Part shown: one piece after another, positions 50,322 through 59,648 of the stretch
Numbering within the stretch: the stretch's first letter is position 1
Layout of the letters: every line of letters begins with the position of its first letter
Assembly: GCA_965277285.1 (NCBI GenBank)
Contig: OZ255721.1
Coordinates: 3,424,001 to 3,488,000 of the forward strand
Origin: Abditibacteriaceae bacterium
GTDB lineage: Bacteria > Armatimonadota > Abditibacteriia > Abditibacteriales > Abditibacteriaceae
Length of the DNA: 64,000 nt
Direction of reading: 5' to 3'
The notes under the pieces: generated by a model
Told to the model about the DNA's origin: nothing
Database searches by the model: none
What the model saw: the letters and a program-made list of their open reading frames with translations, nothing else
Made by a program: the position numbers and the translations under genes

Positions 50322-50660
50322 ATGTTTGAAATGGATCACGTCGCTGTGGCTTCAACCGATATTGCGCGCGATGTCGTGTGGTATGTCGCGCAATTCGGCG
50401 CCGAAATTTTGTATCAGGACACGACATGGGCGTTTTTGCGATTGGGTCAAGGCAAACTCGCGCTCGTTACACCGACACAACATCCGCCGCACGTCGCCCT
50501 GCGCGTCGATGAAACCGCTCTGGAACAATTCGCATCGCGCATGCATACGCCAATCGACACGCACCGCGACGGCACCAAAGGCATCTACGTCAATGACCCA
50601 AATGGCAACGCGCTTGAACTGATTTGCTATCCAACGGGCGAAACGGTTTACGCAAAGTAA
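50322..50660 (+). CDS. VOC/glyoxalase-family protein
   Basis: MDHVAV, PHVALRV and YVNDPNGNALELI. Confidence 0.88.
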   Translation: MFEMDHVAVASTDIARDVVWYVAQFGAEILYQDTTWAFLRLGQGKLALVTPTQHPPHVALRVDETALEQFASRMHTPIDTHRDGTKGIYVNDPNGNALELICYPTGETVYAK

Positions 50661-50728
50661 AGCGAACCCGAAGCGTCAGCGAGGGAGATATTCTCACAAT
50701 CTCCCTCGCTGACGCTTCGGGTTCGCTT
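50660..50728. repeat. REP-like inverted repeat, family A
   Basis: aagcgaacccgaagcgtcagcgagggaga ... tctccctcgctgacgcttcgggttcgctt, between convergent genes. Confidence 0.9.
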
Positions 50729-50729
50729 A

Positions 50730-52223
50730 TCATAAGCCGTAGATTGCACCGAACTTTTCGTTCAAATACTGCGCATAAGGCGCGACATCCAGGTCGTTTC
50801 CGGTCGCGCGACGCACCAGTTCTTTGGGCGTGAAAGTCTTTCCGTGACGATGAATGTTTTCGCGCAGCCACGACAGGAGAACATCAAATTGGCCGCGCGC
50901 GATCTCAGATTCGATTTCGGGCGCGTCTTCGAGTACTCGATTCCACAATTGCGCCGACAAGATATTGCCCAGCGAATACGTCGGAAAATAGCCCATCGCG
51001 CCGATTGACCAATGCACATCCTGCAAAATGCCGTGCGCATCGTCCGGCGGATGAACGCCCAGATAACTCTTCATCCGCGCGTTCCACGCATCCGGCGCAT
51101 CTTTCACCGACAAGCGACCTTCCAACAGATCGTTTTCCATTTCGTAGCGCAGGATGATGTGCAGGTTATACGTCACTTCGTCGGCCTCGACACGAATAAA
51201 AGACGGCTCGACTTTGTTGATGGCGCGATAAAAATCGTCTTCTGAAACATCGTTCAACTGAGATGGAAACGTTTCCTGCAAGCGCCGGTAGTTGTGTTTC
51301 CAAAAACTACGGCTGCGACCGACCAGATTTTCCCACAAACGACTTTGACTTTCGTGAACGCCCAGACTGACGCCGCCGCCTAAAACGTTGCCGTCCAATG
51401 CGGGCGCGATGCCTTGTTCATAAAGCGCGTGTCCCATTTCGTGCAAGCTGCCAAACAGCGCCGACTGCAAATCGTTGGTGTTCAAGCGCGTCGTGATGCG
51501 CACATCGCCGCGACTGAAATTGGTGCAAAACGGATGAACCGACAAATCCTGGCGACCTCGACCAAAGTCAAATCCACATTCGGCGAGGACGCGTTCGGCG
51601 AATTGCTTTTGCGTTTGTCCGTCATAATCGCGCGCCAATATCGAATCATCAATCGTCGGCTGACCGGCGATTTTCTGAATCAAAGGCACGCTGGCGTCTT
51701 TCAACTGCGCGAAAATCGGGTTGAGTTGCGCGCACGTCATGCCTTCTTCGTACTGGTCTAAAAGCGCGTCATACAACTTGTCCCCGTAGCCCAACGCTTG
51801 CGCCGTGCGCTGGTTGATGTCGACGATTTTTTCGAGGTGTGGCGCGAAATGCGCGTAATCGTTGGAGGCGCGCGCCTTCGCCCATTCTTCCTGCGCAATC
51901 GAAGTCACGCGCGATGTTTCTTCGACCAATTGCGGCGGAAGTTTCGTCGCGTGATCGAACTCGCGCCGCGCCACGCGCAAAAAGGCGCTCGTTGTTTCGC
52001 TGCCGTCGTTGTCGCGCTCGGCCTGCTCCAGCAGCTTGCTCGTTTCGTCGCCGGATAACATCTGGTGCGCGATTTTGGAAAGGGTCGCGCGTTGTTCGGC
52101 GCGCGCCTCAACGCCGCCTGAAGGCATGTATGTTTGCTGATCCCAGTCGAGAACCGCGCCCGCCATATTGAGGTTGTGAACATCCGCCAAGCGCGCCTGA
52201 AGTTGTGTAAAAGATTCGCTCAT
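50730..52223 (-). CDS. M32-family carboxypeptidase (Taq type)
   Basis: WDQQTYMP, HPF, DVRITTR, HEMGHALYEQG, HESQSRLWEN, IRVEADE and QDVHW. Confidence 0.95.
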   Translation of the reverse strand: MSESFTQLQARLADVHNLNMAGAVLDWDQQTYMPSGGVEARAEQRATLSKIAHQMLSGDETSKLLEQAERDNDGSETTSAFLRVARREFDHATKLPPQLVEETSRVTSIAQEEWAKARASNDYAHFAPHLEKIVDINQRTAQALGYGDKLYDALLDQYEEGMTCAQLNPIFAQLKDASVPLIQKIAGQPTIDDSILARDYDGQTQKQFAERVLAECGFDFGRGRQDLSVHPFCTNFSRGDVRITTRLNTNDLQSALFGSLHEMGHALYEQGIAPALDGNVLGGGVSLGVHESQSRLWENLVGRSRSFWKHNYRRLQETFPSQLNDVSEDDFYRAINKVEPSFIRVEADEVTYNLHIILRYEMENDLLEGRLSVKDAPDAWNARMKSYLGVHPPDDAHGILQDVHWSIGAMGYFPTYSLGNILSAQLWNRVLEDAPEIESEIARGQFDVLLSWLRENIHRHGKTFTPKELVRRATGNDLDVAPYAQYLNEKFGAIYGL

Positions 52224-52301
52224 TCGAGTACTCGATTCCTTTGAAACGTTGATCTACACGAATCAGCTTACTAAGACGAGTTGTGCGCTACAATTAAAAC
52301 C

Positions 52302-52858
52302 ATGATCGAATTAATCCCTGATTTTCAAGATGATGCCGACTTCGTGGAAGTTGTCCAGCATATTGTCAATGGTGCCGCAAGTTTCTATCGACCTGCTGCC
52401 GTATATGTTGTGCGAATCAATACGTGGTTCGACCACAAATGGCTACGCTTTTCCGGCAAGGTGATGGGAGCACTCGGCGTCTGGAAAGAACCGCTAACGA
52501 TTCCGCCCTTTCATCCGCGCCGCGTGCTATCACAAAATTATTATCTGTGGAATCCCATAGAGGAAGATTATTTCAAGGCGAATGAACGTGGTGGTAGATT
52601 GCATGGCTATCAGACCAGTTCTCGCAATTTGCGTCGAGAATAGGGCATCGTCGAAGGTCGGCGATGTATGTTTGGTATTCTGGGGACACAACGCGAACCG
52701 CAAATGGCAGTCTCATGGTTTATGTTCATACCGACCGCGATAAAGCGGCCTGGTTCGTCAGTTTTCTGAATAAGAATCGTTGGCAAACGCACCAATCCAG
52801 AGAAATATGTCTGCAACTGGTCGAAGACTTTGAGACGGCGGGCAAAACTCCTTTGTAG
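52302..52858 (+). pseudogene. Probably frameshifted hypothetical gene (52302-52643 plus 52664-52858)
   Basis: The downstream frame is open back across the first stop, so one extra base near 52637 would give ..NLRRIGHRRRSAMYVWYSG.. Confidence 0.55.
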
Positions 52859-53001
52859 AAATAAAGGCATTGCATTCGATTGGCGTTCTTAGTGTTATTA
52901 AATACTTGCCATTTCGAGTACGCGACGAATGCAAATACGGCACGCGTTTGGTCACGATGCGTCAAGGGCGCGCAATTGAAAGACGAAATCGAGTACTCGA
53001 A

Positions 53002-54036
53002 ATGACAAATTCTCCATCAGCTTTTGGCAGCGATGATCCGCAGGGCGTTCCGCACGATAACGTTTCTTTTGAAGACGCGTCGCGCGGACAACAAAACGGT
53101 GCGACCAGCGATTTGCTCGATTGTGTGATTGTTGGCGCGGGGCCAGCGGGTTTGACGGCGCTGGAATATCTGGCGCGTTTTCATCGTCGCGCAGTTGTCT
53201 TGGGCGCGCATGGCCCGGCGCCGCGCCTGCTTTATATTGATCGCACTTACAATCTTCCTGGTTATCCCGATGGCATTGCGGGCAGCGCGATTTTGCGGCG
53301 TTTGCATGAACAAGCCGAAGAATATGGCGGAACAGTGCGCGAGGAAACCGCGACAACGGTCAAAGGTTCAGACGGCGTTTTTTGCGTCGAACTGAGCAAC
53401 GGCGAAACTTTGCGCGCCCGTAAAATCATTCTGGCGATGGGCATCCGCGACCGCGAGCCAGATATTGCGGGCGTTCGTCGCCATTTAGGGCATTTTATGC
53501 GTTATTGTCCGGTGTGCGATGGCTACGAACACACCGACAAACATTTGGGAATTATCGGTAGCGGCGAAAGTGTGGCGCGTCACGCCTTGTTTTTGCGAAC
53601 CTTCAGCCCGCACATCACAATTTTGCTGCATGGCGAAAGCGCCGATTCGCTGGGACGTTACCGCGAAAAGTTAGAGAATGCAAGTATTGAAGTGCTCGAA
53701 CCGCGCATTTCGCACATTGTGGAAACGCACGATCCCGACGAAAAAGACCCGCAATTGCAATATACGGGACGCGGCGTGTGTCTCGAAGGCGGACACGAAG
53801 TTCCGCTCGATGTGCTTTATGGCGCGCTGGGTTGCAGCGTCAATTTGGATGCGGCGCACGATCTCGCTTTGAAACTCGACGAAGACGGTTATGTTGTCGC
53901 CGATTCCAACCAGGAAACGAGCGTAAAAGGCGTTTACGCGGCGGGCGATTTAGTCAGCCAGATCAATCAAATCTGCGTCGCGTTCGGCCAGGCCGCGATT
54001 GCCGCCGTGCGCATTCACAACGAGTTGGACGAGTGA
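53002..54036 (+). CDS. Thioredoxin reductase-like flavoprotein
   Basis: IVGAGPAGL, YCPVCDGYE and ETSVKGVYAAGD. Confidence 0.9.
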   Translation: MTNSPSAFGSDDPQGVPHDNVSFEDASRGQQNGATSDLLDCVIVGAGPAGLTALEYLARFHRRAVVLGAHGPAPRLLYIDRTYNLPGYPDGIAGSAILRRLHEQAEEYGGTVREETATTVKGSDGVFCVELSNGETLRARKIILAMGIRDREPDIAGVRRHLGHFMRYCPVCDGYEHTDKHLGIIGSGESVARHALFLRTFSPHITILLHGESADSLGRYREKLENASIEVLEPRISHIVETHDPDEKDPQLQYTGRGVCLEGGHEVPLDVLYGALGCSVNLDAAHDLALKLDEDGYVVADSNQETSVKGVYAAGDLVSQINQICVAFGQAAIAAVRIHNELDE

Positions 54037-54132
54037 TCAAAATGATGAATATCGAGTACTCGAAACTCCAACTTTGTTGTTCGGGTTAGATTTTTCTGTT
54101 CATTATTCCGTATTCATCATTTTCCTATTCTC

Positions 54133-54294
54133 ATGCGCGGCGTGAAGAAAGAAAACCTGCCTCAGAAAGTCTGCGTTGTTTGCGGACGACCTTTCGCGTG
54201 GCGCAAGAAGTGGGCGCGCGTCTGGGATGAGGTGAAGTATTGCAGCGACGCGTGCCGCGGAAAGCGAAACACATCGAAGGTCGACTTACCGTAA
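54133..54294 (+). CDS. DUF2256-type small protein
   Basis: Below the ORF-track cutoff. Manual translation: [53 protein letters not shown]. Confidence 0.88.
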   Translation: MRGVKKENLPQKVCVVCGRPFAWRKKWARVWDEVKYCSDACRGKRNTSKVDLP

Positions 54295-54363
54295 CTGCGA
54301 TGCGTTCACAATCACGCTGTGAAATCGAGGACAACCAACCAAATGGTGAGTTCTTCGGTGAAC

Positions 54364-54449
54364 AACGAACCCGAAGCGTAAGCGACGGGCTTACTTGATA
54401 GTTTCATGTGTCTGTGAGTTAAGCCCGTCGCTTACGCTTCGGGTTCGTT
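54364..54449. repeat. REP-like inverted repeat, family A
   Basis: aacgaacccgaagcgtaagcgacgggctt ... aagcccgtcgcttacgcttcgggttcgtt. Confidence 0.9.
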
Positions 54450-54484
54450 ATTCACTCATCAATAATTGAGATGCTAACGGAAAC

Positions 54485-55966
54485 TCAAGATTTCTTGCGT
54501 GGTGTTTTCTTTGTGGTGTCTTTAGAATGTTCTTCCGACGCGGCCACAGATTCAGTTTGTTTAGCCGTGTCATTAGACAACAGATTGCGCAGTTCGCTGA
54601 GCGAAATATCCAGCGTGCGCGCGGCGGATTCCTGATCGTTGTCGTTATCGCGCAACGCTTGTGCAACCAAGTTTTTCTGCATTTCGCGCATCGTTTGCGC
54701 TGGAGTCGGTTTGGCGGGCGCGCTGTCTTGCGCAGGCAGCAAATGAGTACTCGATACGGCGCGCGTCTGGGCGCTTTGTTGCGTCGAACCTGTGGGCGCC
54801 AGCAGCAAATGGCGCGGTTCGATCACGGAATCTTCAGCTAAAATTACGGCGCGCTCGATACAGTTTTCCAGTTCGCGGATGTTGCCTTTCCAACTGTTGC
54901 ATTGCAATTCGCGCAAGGCTTCGGGCGAAAGTTCCAGTGAGTCATGTCCTGTTTCTGTACAGTATTTATGAATGAAGTGCTCGCTCAAGATGGCGATGTC
55001 GTCGGGACGGCTACGCAACGGCGGCAATTCAATTGGCACCACGTTCAAACGATAAAACAAATCTTCGCGGAAGGTGCCCGCAGCAATCGCTTTTTCCAGA
55101 TCGCGGTTCGTCGCCGCGATAATGCGCACATCGACTTTGATGGTTTTCGAGGAGCCGATGCGCTCGAATTCGCGCTCTTGCAGTACGCGAAGCAGCTTCA
55201 CCTGAACGCTGAGCGGCACTTCGCCGATTTCATCTAAGAACAACGTTCCGGTGTGCGCCCACTCAAAGCGCCCGATGCGTTGCGCGCTGGCGTCGGTGAA
55301 GGCGCCTTTTTCGTGACCGAACAGTTCGTCTTCCAGCAAGTGCTCGGGCAGGGCGGCGCAATTGACTTTGACAAATGGTTTATCGGCGCGCTTGCTCTGA
55401 TAATGAATGGTGCGCGCCAGCATTTCTTTGCCGGTTCCGCTTTCGCCCGTGATGAGAACGGTCGCGTTCTGGTTGGCGACTTTGGCGGCCAAAACATACG
55501 CGGCCTGAATGCTTTCATCGTTGCCAACGATGTTGTCGAAGTTATATTTGTTGCGCAGTTCGTCGCGCAGATAACGGTTTTCGTCGATCAAGCGATTGCG
55601 CTCGAGGGCGCGGCGCGCGACAATCGAAACGTCATTGATGTTGAAGGGTTTCGCCAGATAATCGTAAGCACCCATGCGCATCGCTTCGACGGCGCTTTCT
55701 TTGGTGGCGTAGCCTGTGACCATGACGACGGGCGTCGATGGCGAGCGGCGCTTGATTTCGCGCAGCACTTCGATACCCGCCATGTCGGGCAGCTTGACAT
55801 CAAGGAAAACCAGGCCGATGCCTTCGGGCGCGTCGGAAAAAGCGGCCAATCCGTCGGCGCCTTTATTGGTCGTCAAGACGCGATGCCCGTCGCGCGACAA
55901 GACTTCGGTGAACAAACTGCACAAATGCTGCTCGTCATCAATGACCAAAATCGGTTGTTCGGTCAT
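54485..55966 (-). CDS. NtrC-family sigma-54-dependent response regulator
   Basis: REC domain, GESGTGKE, ELFGHEKGAFTDA, LFLDEIGE, FREDLFYRLNV and a Fis-like tail. Confidence 0.95.
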   Translation of the reverse strand: MTEQPILVIDDEQHLCSLFTEVLSRDGHRVLTTNKGADGLAAFSDAPEGIGLVFLDVKLPDMAGIEVLREIKRRSPSTPVVMVTGYATKESAVEAMRMGAYDYLAKPFNINDVSIVARRALERNRLIDENRYLRDELRNKYNFDNIVGNDESIQAAYVLAAKVANQNATVLITGESGTGKEMLARTIHYQSKRADKPFVKVNCAALPEHLLEDELFGHEKGAFTDASAQRIGRFEWAHTGTLFLDEIGEVPLSVQVKLLRVLQEREFERIGSSKTIKVDVRIIAATNRDLEKAIAAGTFREDLFYRLNVVPIELPPLRSRPDDIAILSEHFIHKYCTETGHDSLELSPEALRELQCNSWKGNIRELENCIERAVILAEDSVIEPRHLLLAPTGSTQQSAQTRAVSSTHLLPAQDSAPAKPTPAQTMREMQKNLVAQALRDNDNDQESAARTLDISLSELRNLLSNDTAKQTESVAASEEHSKDTTKKTPRKKS

Positions 55967-56083
55967 ATGTCTTTTTCCTGTACAATGAGATTGCTTTTAT
56001 TCTACTAAACGTCAACATTTTTCCGTGCGACTTTCAAGTTATTCCGCAATTATGACGCATTTTCCAACCGAAAGTGAGATGTT

Positions 56084-56941
56084 GTGTCGTTAAAGTTCGC
56101 CGGACGCACGCCGTCTTCGTCGTTGCGGCGCCCGCATCGCGTTCTGTCACGCGAACAGGCCAGTCAACGTTCGCGCGCCTGGGCGTTGCGCGGCGCCACA
56201 CTTTGCCTTGCCGCATTTTTCTTAACGACACTTTTTCACGTTTTCGTTGATGGCTCAACAGTATCGAGTACTCGAAAGGCGAACCTTCCGCTTTCGTGGC
56301 CCGAGATTTTGAATGCGCCGCTGCTTTTCATCGGCGAAACCTTGAGACAAAGCGGACTTCATGGCGCGCTGATTTTGCTGAGCACTTTTGTCACTGCGTC
56401 GCTTTTATGGCTGATTTTGAGTTTGCTGGGCGAATGGCGCAAACCGCCGATAAGTTTTCTCGCGTTGTTGGCGCTGCAATTCTTCGGCTGGGCGTTTCAC
56501 GTCGCCAACGTGCGCGCACCGGCGACAACTTCGGCAATCGAGTACTCGAAAGGCATCGAGGAAGCGTTGCGTTTGTCGTGGAATATCTTATCGCGAGCGC
56601 AGCAAATAAGTGTGGTTTGGAGCGCGCTTTTCGTGATTTGCGTTTTGTGGTGGTGGGGCGCGGGAATCGAAGCGCGGCCTCAGCGTTGGAGCGGGTCGCA
56701 AAAAGCGCAGGGGTTTTTGCGTCGCCGCCGCACTTCCTATCAATTCAGCGGCGCGTTGTTGATGTTGTTCTCGTTCGCCGGAACCTTGCTGATCGGTACG
56801 ATTTTGTTTGGAAAAACGCTGCACCTGACAGCTCTCCCGATTTCATTTTTCTGGCTGACGCCGCCCATCGCGTTTTCGCTGTGCATATTGCTGGACGCGA
56901 TTTTCCTGCAAGGTCGCCGTTTGTGGCGCCGCTTGTCATAA
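56084..56941 (+). CDS. Hypothetical membrane protein
   Basis: About six hydrophobic segments; start uncertain. Confidence 0.6.
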   Translation: MSLKFAGRTPSSSLRRPHRVLSREQASQRSRAWALRGATLCLAAFFLTTLFHVFVDGSTVSSTRKANLPLSWPEILNAPLLFIGETLRQSGLHGALILLSTFVTASLLWLILSLLGEWRKPPISFLALLALQFFGWAFHVANVRAPATTSAIEYSKGIEEALRLSWNILSRAQQISVVWSALFVICVLWWWGAGIEARPQRWSGSQKAQGFLRRRRTSYQFSGALLMLFSFAGTLLIGTILFGKTLHLTALPISFFWLTPPIAFSLCILLDAIFLQGRRLWRRLS

Positions 56942-56959
56942 AACTTTGCGTCAATGTGT

Positions 56960-57031
56960 AACGAACCCCGAGCGTAAATGCGGGGCCGAACTCGCAGTTA
57001 CGTCAGCCCCGCGCTCACGCTTGGGTTCGTT
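56960..57031. repeat. REP-like inverted repeat, family A (subtype 2)
   Basis: aacgaaccccgagcgtaaatgcgggg ... ccccgcgctcacgcttgggttcgtt. Confidence 0.85.
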
Positions 57032-57134
57032 CAACGACTTACGCGATAAAGCGAGTCGCATAGGGAACGAGCGGCGATACCATGCGTAAGAAATGCGCTC
57101 TTTCCTGTGAGATGTTTTGTAGAATACATTTGTT

Positions 57135-59549
57135 ATGACCGATCTCGAAAAGAAAACTCCCGACGATAAAACGATTTTTGAAACCATTGAGCTACCGCCT
57201 GAAGTTCGCGCCAAACTCGATAGCATCGGCGTTAATGGCTCGTCGGTTTTGCAAGTACAATCCGATTTGGACAAAAGCGGGCGCTGGGGACATCGTTATC
57301 TCGTCGCCACGCCCGAACGCGTCGTGGTACTTTCTTCGCCCGAAACCAACGGCGATGGCAAAACCAAAGTCCCGTCGAATGGCGATTCGAGTACTCGAAA
57401 GAACGAGGTCGAGGTCGAATTCGATCAGCCGATTTCCAACCTCGTTTCAACCCAGGCCAAGCCCTTGATCGGTTCGTCCGCTTTGGAAGCGCGCGTGCGA
57501 GTCGATGGAAACCGAAATGGCGCAAACGGAAATGGCGCCAGTGGCCTGAACGGAAATGGCGCGTCGCATGGCGAAGAGCACGTCGTCGAATTGTTGCGTT
57601 CGTCGAATGCGCGTTCGCGCGAATTGTCGAATGCGGCGCGCAAATTAACCGATTTGCGCGAAGGCAAAACTTCTGCTGAAGACCCCGAAGAAGACGAAAA
57701 ATGGAAGCGCAAAACGTGTCCCAAATGCGGGCGACCTTTGCCGGAAGATTCCAATGTTTGCCCGTTTTGCGTCAATAAATTGCAGGCGCTGAAGCGTTTG
57801 CTGGGTTATCTGGGGCCGCACAAAGCGATGGCGGTTTCCAATATCGCGCTCAGCTTCATTTCGATTGCGCTTTCGTTTGCGCCGTTGCTGATTTCGGTGT
57901 ATTTGATAAATCAGATTTTGCGACCGACGCCGGAACGTCCTCATACGCCAAACGATTATCGAATGCTGGCCATTTTGATTATCGTGGGCGTTGGATGTTC
58001 GGCGCTGTCGGCGTTGATTGGCGGCATAAAAGCGTGGATTCAAGCGTATTTGGGAGCGCACGTCATTCACGATGTGCGAACGCAGGTGTACGATCAGTTG
58101 CAGCGATTGTCGCTCAGTTATTACGATAAGCGCGAAATCGGCGCCGTAATGAGCCGCGTCCAAAACGATACGGGAATGCTGCAAAACTTCCTGTTGGACG
58201 GCCTGGACAACATGATCACTTCGGCGCTGACCATTGTTGTCGTAATGGTTTTGATGTTCTATTACTCGTGGGTTCTGGCGATTGCGGTTTTGATTCCCGT
58301 TCCGTTCGTCATTTTCGGCACGACGACGTATTGGCGCGGCCTGATGAAGTTGTGGCGCCGCGTCTGGCACCAGACTTCGAGTATGAACGCGCGCCTGGCC
58401 GACAGCTTGAGCGGCGTCCGCGTGGTGCGCGCCTTCGCTCAAGAAAATTATGAAATCTCGCGTTTTACGGCCAAAAGCGGCGAACTGCGCGATGCGACCA
58501 AGCGCGTCGAACAAAAAGCGGCGATTTTCTATCCTGTGCTCGGCTTTGTGATGGGCATCGGCGGGCCGATTGTCTGGTATTTGGGCGGACTTCGAGTACT
58601 CGATGGCACGATGCTGATCGGTTCGCTGTTTCTCTTTACCGGATTGCTGGCGCGCCTCTATGACCCAATTCAGCAATTGACGCGCGTCGTCAACTTCACC
58701 ACGCGCGCCATGACCGCAGCCGAGCGCGTTTTTGAAATCATGGACACGCCGCCCGAAGTGCGCGAAAAAGACGGCGCCGTGTCGATGCCGCGCGTTGAAG
58801 GCCGCGTTCAGTTCAAAGACGTGACGTTTGGCTACGACCGCTATCGTCCGGTTTTGCACGGTATCAATCTCGATGTGCAACCTGGCGAAATGATCGGTTT
58901 GGTCGGTCACAGCGGCGCCGGCAAAAGCACTTTGATTAACTTGTTGATGCGCTTCTATGACGTGGACGAAGGCGCAATTATGGTGGACGGCGAGGACATC
59001 CGCGACATTCGGCGCGACGATATTCGGCGTCAAATTGGCGTTGTTTTGCAGGAGCCGTATTTGTTTCACGGAACCGTGTTCGCCAACATCGCTTATGGCA
59101 AGCCGGACGCCACGCCCGAACAAGTGATTATGGCCGCCAAAGCCGCTTACGCGCACGATTTTATCGTCAACTTTCCCGATGGCTACGACACTTTGGTCGG
59201 CGAACGCGGCACGCGACTTTCCGGCGGCGAACGCCAGCGCATTTCGATTGCACGCGCGATTTTGCACGATCCGCGCATCCTGATTTTGGACGAAGCGACG
59301 GCGAGTGTCGACACGCAAACCGAAGCGGAAATTCAGCACGCTTTGCGCAACCTGGTGCAAGGCCGCACCACCTTTGCGATTGCGCACCGCCTGAGCACGT
59401 TGCGCCATGCGGACAGATTGGTGGTTTTGGAAGCCGGACGCCTCGTCGAGCAGGGCACGCACGACGAACTGATGGCCAAGCATGGCGTTTTCTACAAGCT
59501 GATTACTGCCCAGCGTGCCATTAACGAAGCGCACGTCGTTGGCGGCTAA
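57135..59549 (+). CDS. ABC exporter (TMD plus NBD) with an N-terminal extension and zinc ribbon
   Basis: CPKC..CPFC, six TMs, GHSGAGKST, LSGGERQR, ILILDEAT and IAHRLST. Confidence 0.95.
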   Translation: MTDLEKKTPDDKTIFETIELPPEVRAKLDSIGVNGSSVLQVQSDLDKSGRWGHRYLVATPERVVVLSSPETNGDGKTKVPSNGDSSTRKNEVEVEFDQPISNLVSTQAKPLIGSSALEARVRVDGNRNGANGNGASGLNGNGASHGEEHVVELLRSSNARSRELSNAARKLTDLREGKTSAEDPEEDEKWKRKTCPKCGRPLPEDSNVCPFCVNKLQALKRLLGYLGPHKAMAVSNIALSFISIALSFAPLLISVYLINQILRPTPERPHTPNDYRMLAILIIVGVGCSALSALIGGIKAWIQAYLGAHVIHDVRTQVYDQLQRLSLSYYDKREIGAVMSRVQNDTGMLQNFLLDGLDNMITSALTIVVVMVLMFYYSWVLAIAVLIPVPFVIFGTTTYWRGLMKLWRRVWHQTSSMNARLADSLSGVRVVRAFAQENYEISRFTAKSGELRDATKRVEQKAAIFYPVLGFVMGIGGPIVWYLGGLRVLDGTMLIGSLFLFTGLLARLYDPIQQLTRVVNFTTRAMTAAERVFEIMDTPPEVREKDGAVSMPRVEGRVQFKDVTFGYDRYRPVLHGINLDVQPGEMIGLVGHSGAGKSTLINLLMRFYDVDEGAIMVDGEDIRDIRRDDIRRQIGVVLQEPYLFHGTVFANIAYGKPDATPEQVIMAAKAAYAHDFIVNFPDGYDTLVGERGTRLSGGERQRISIARAILHDPRILILDEATASVDTQTEAEIQHALRNLVQGRTTFAIAHRLSTLRHADRLVVLEAGRLVEQGTHDELMAKHGVFYKLITAQRAINEAHVVGG

Positions 59550-59567
59550 TTTGAGTACTCGATTAGT

Positions 59568-59638
59568 CAGAACCCCAAGCGTAAGCGCGGGGCTGAAGTG
59601 ACAGTTACGTCAGCCCCGCGCTTACGCTTGGGGTTCTG
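59568..59638. repeat. REP-like inverted repeat, family A (subtype 2)
   Basis: cagaaccccaagcgtaagcgcggggctga ... tcagccccgcgcttacgcttggggttctg. Confidence 0.9.
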
Positions 59639-59648
59639 TTTGAAACTT

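Noticed and set aside
57645..59534. Long antisense ORFs (629 aa here; also 29486-31063, 45036-46529, 43420-44529, 522-1301)
   Set aside because: They are shadows of well-supported genes on the opposite strand and have no motifs of their own.
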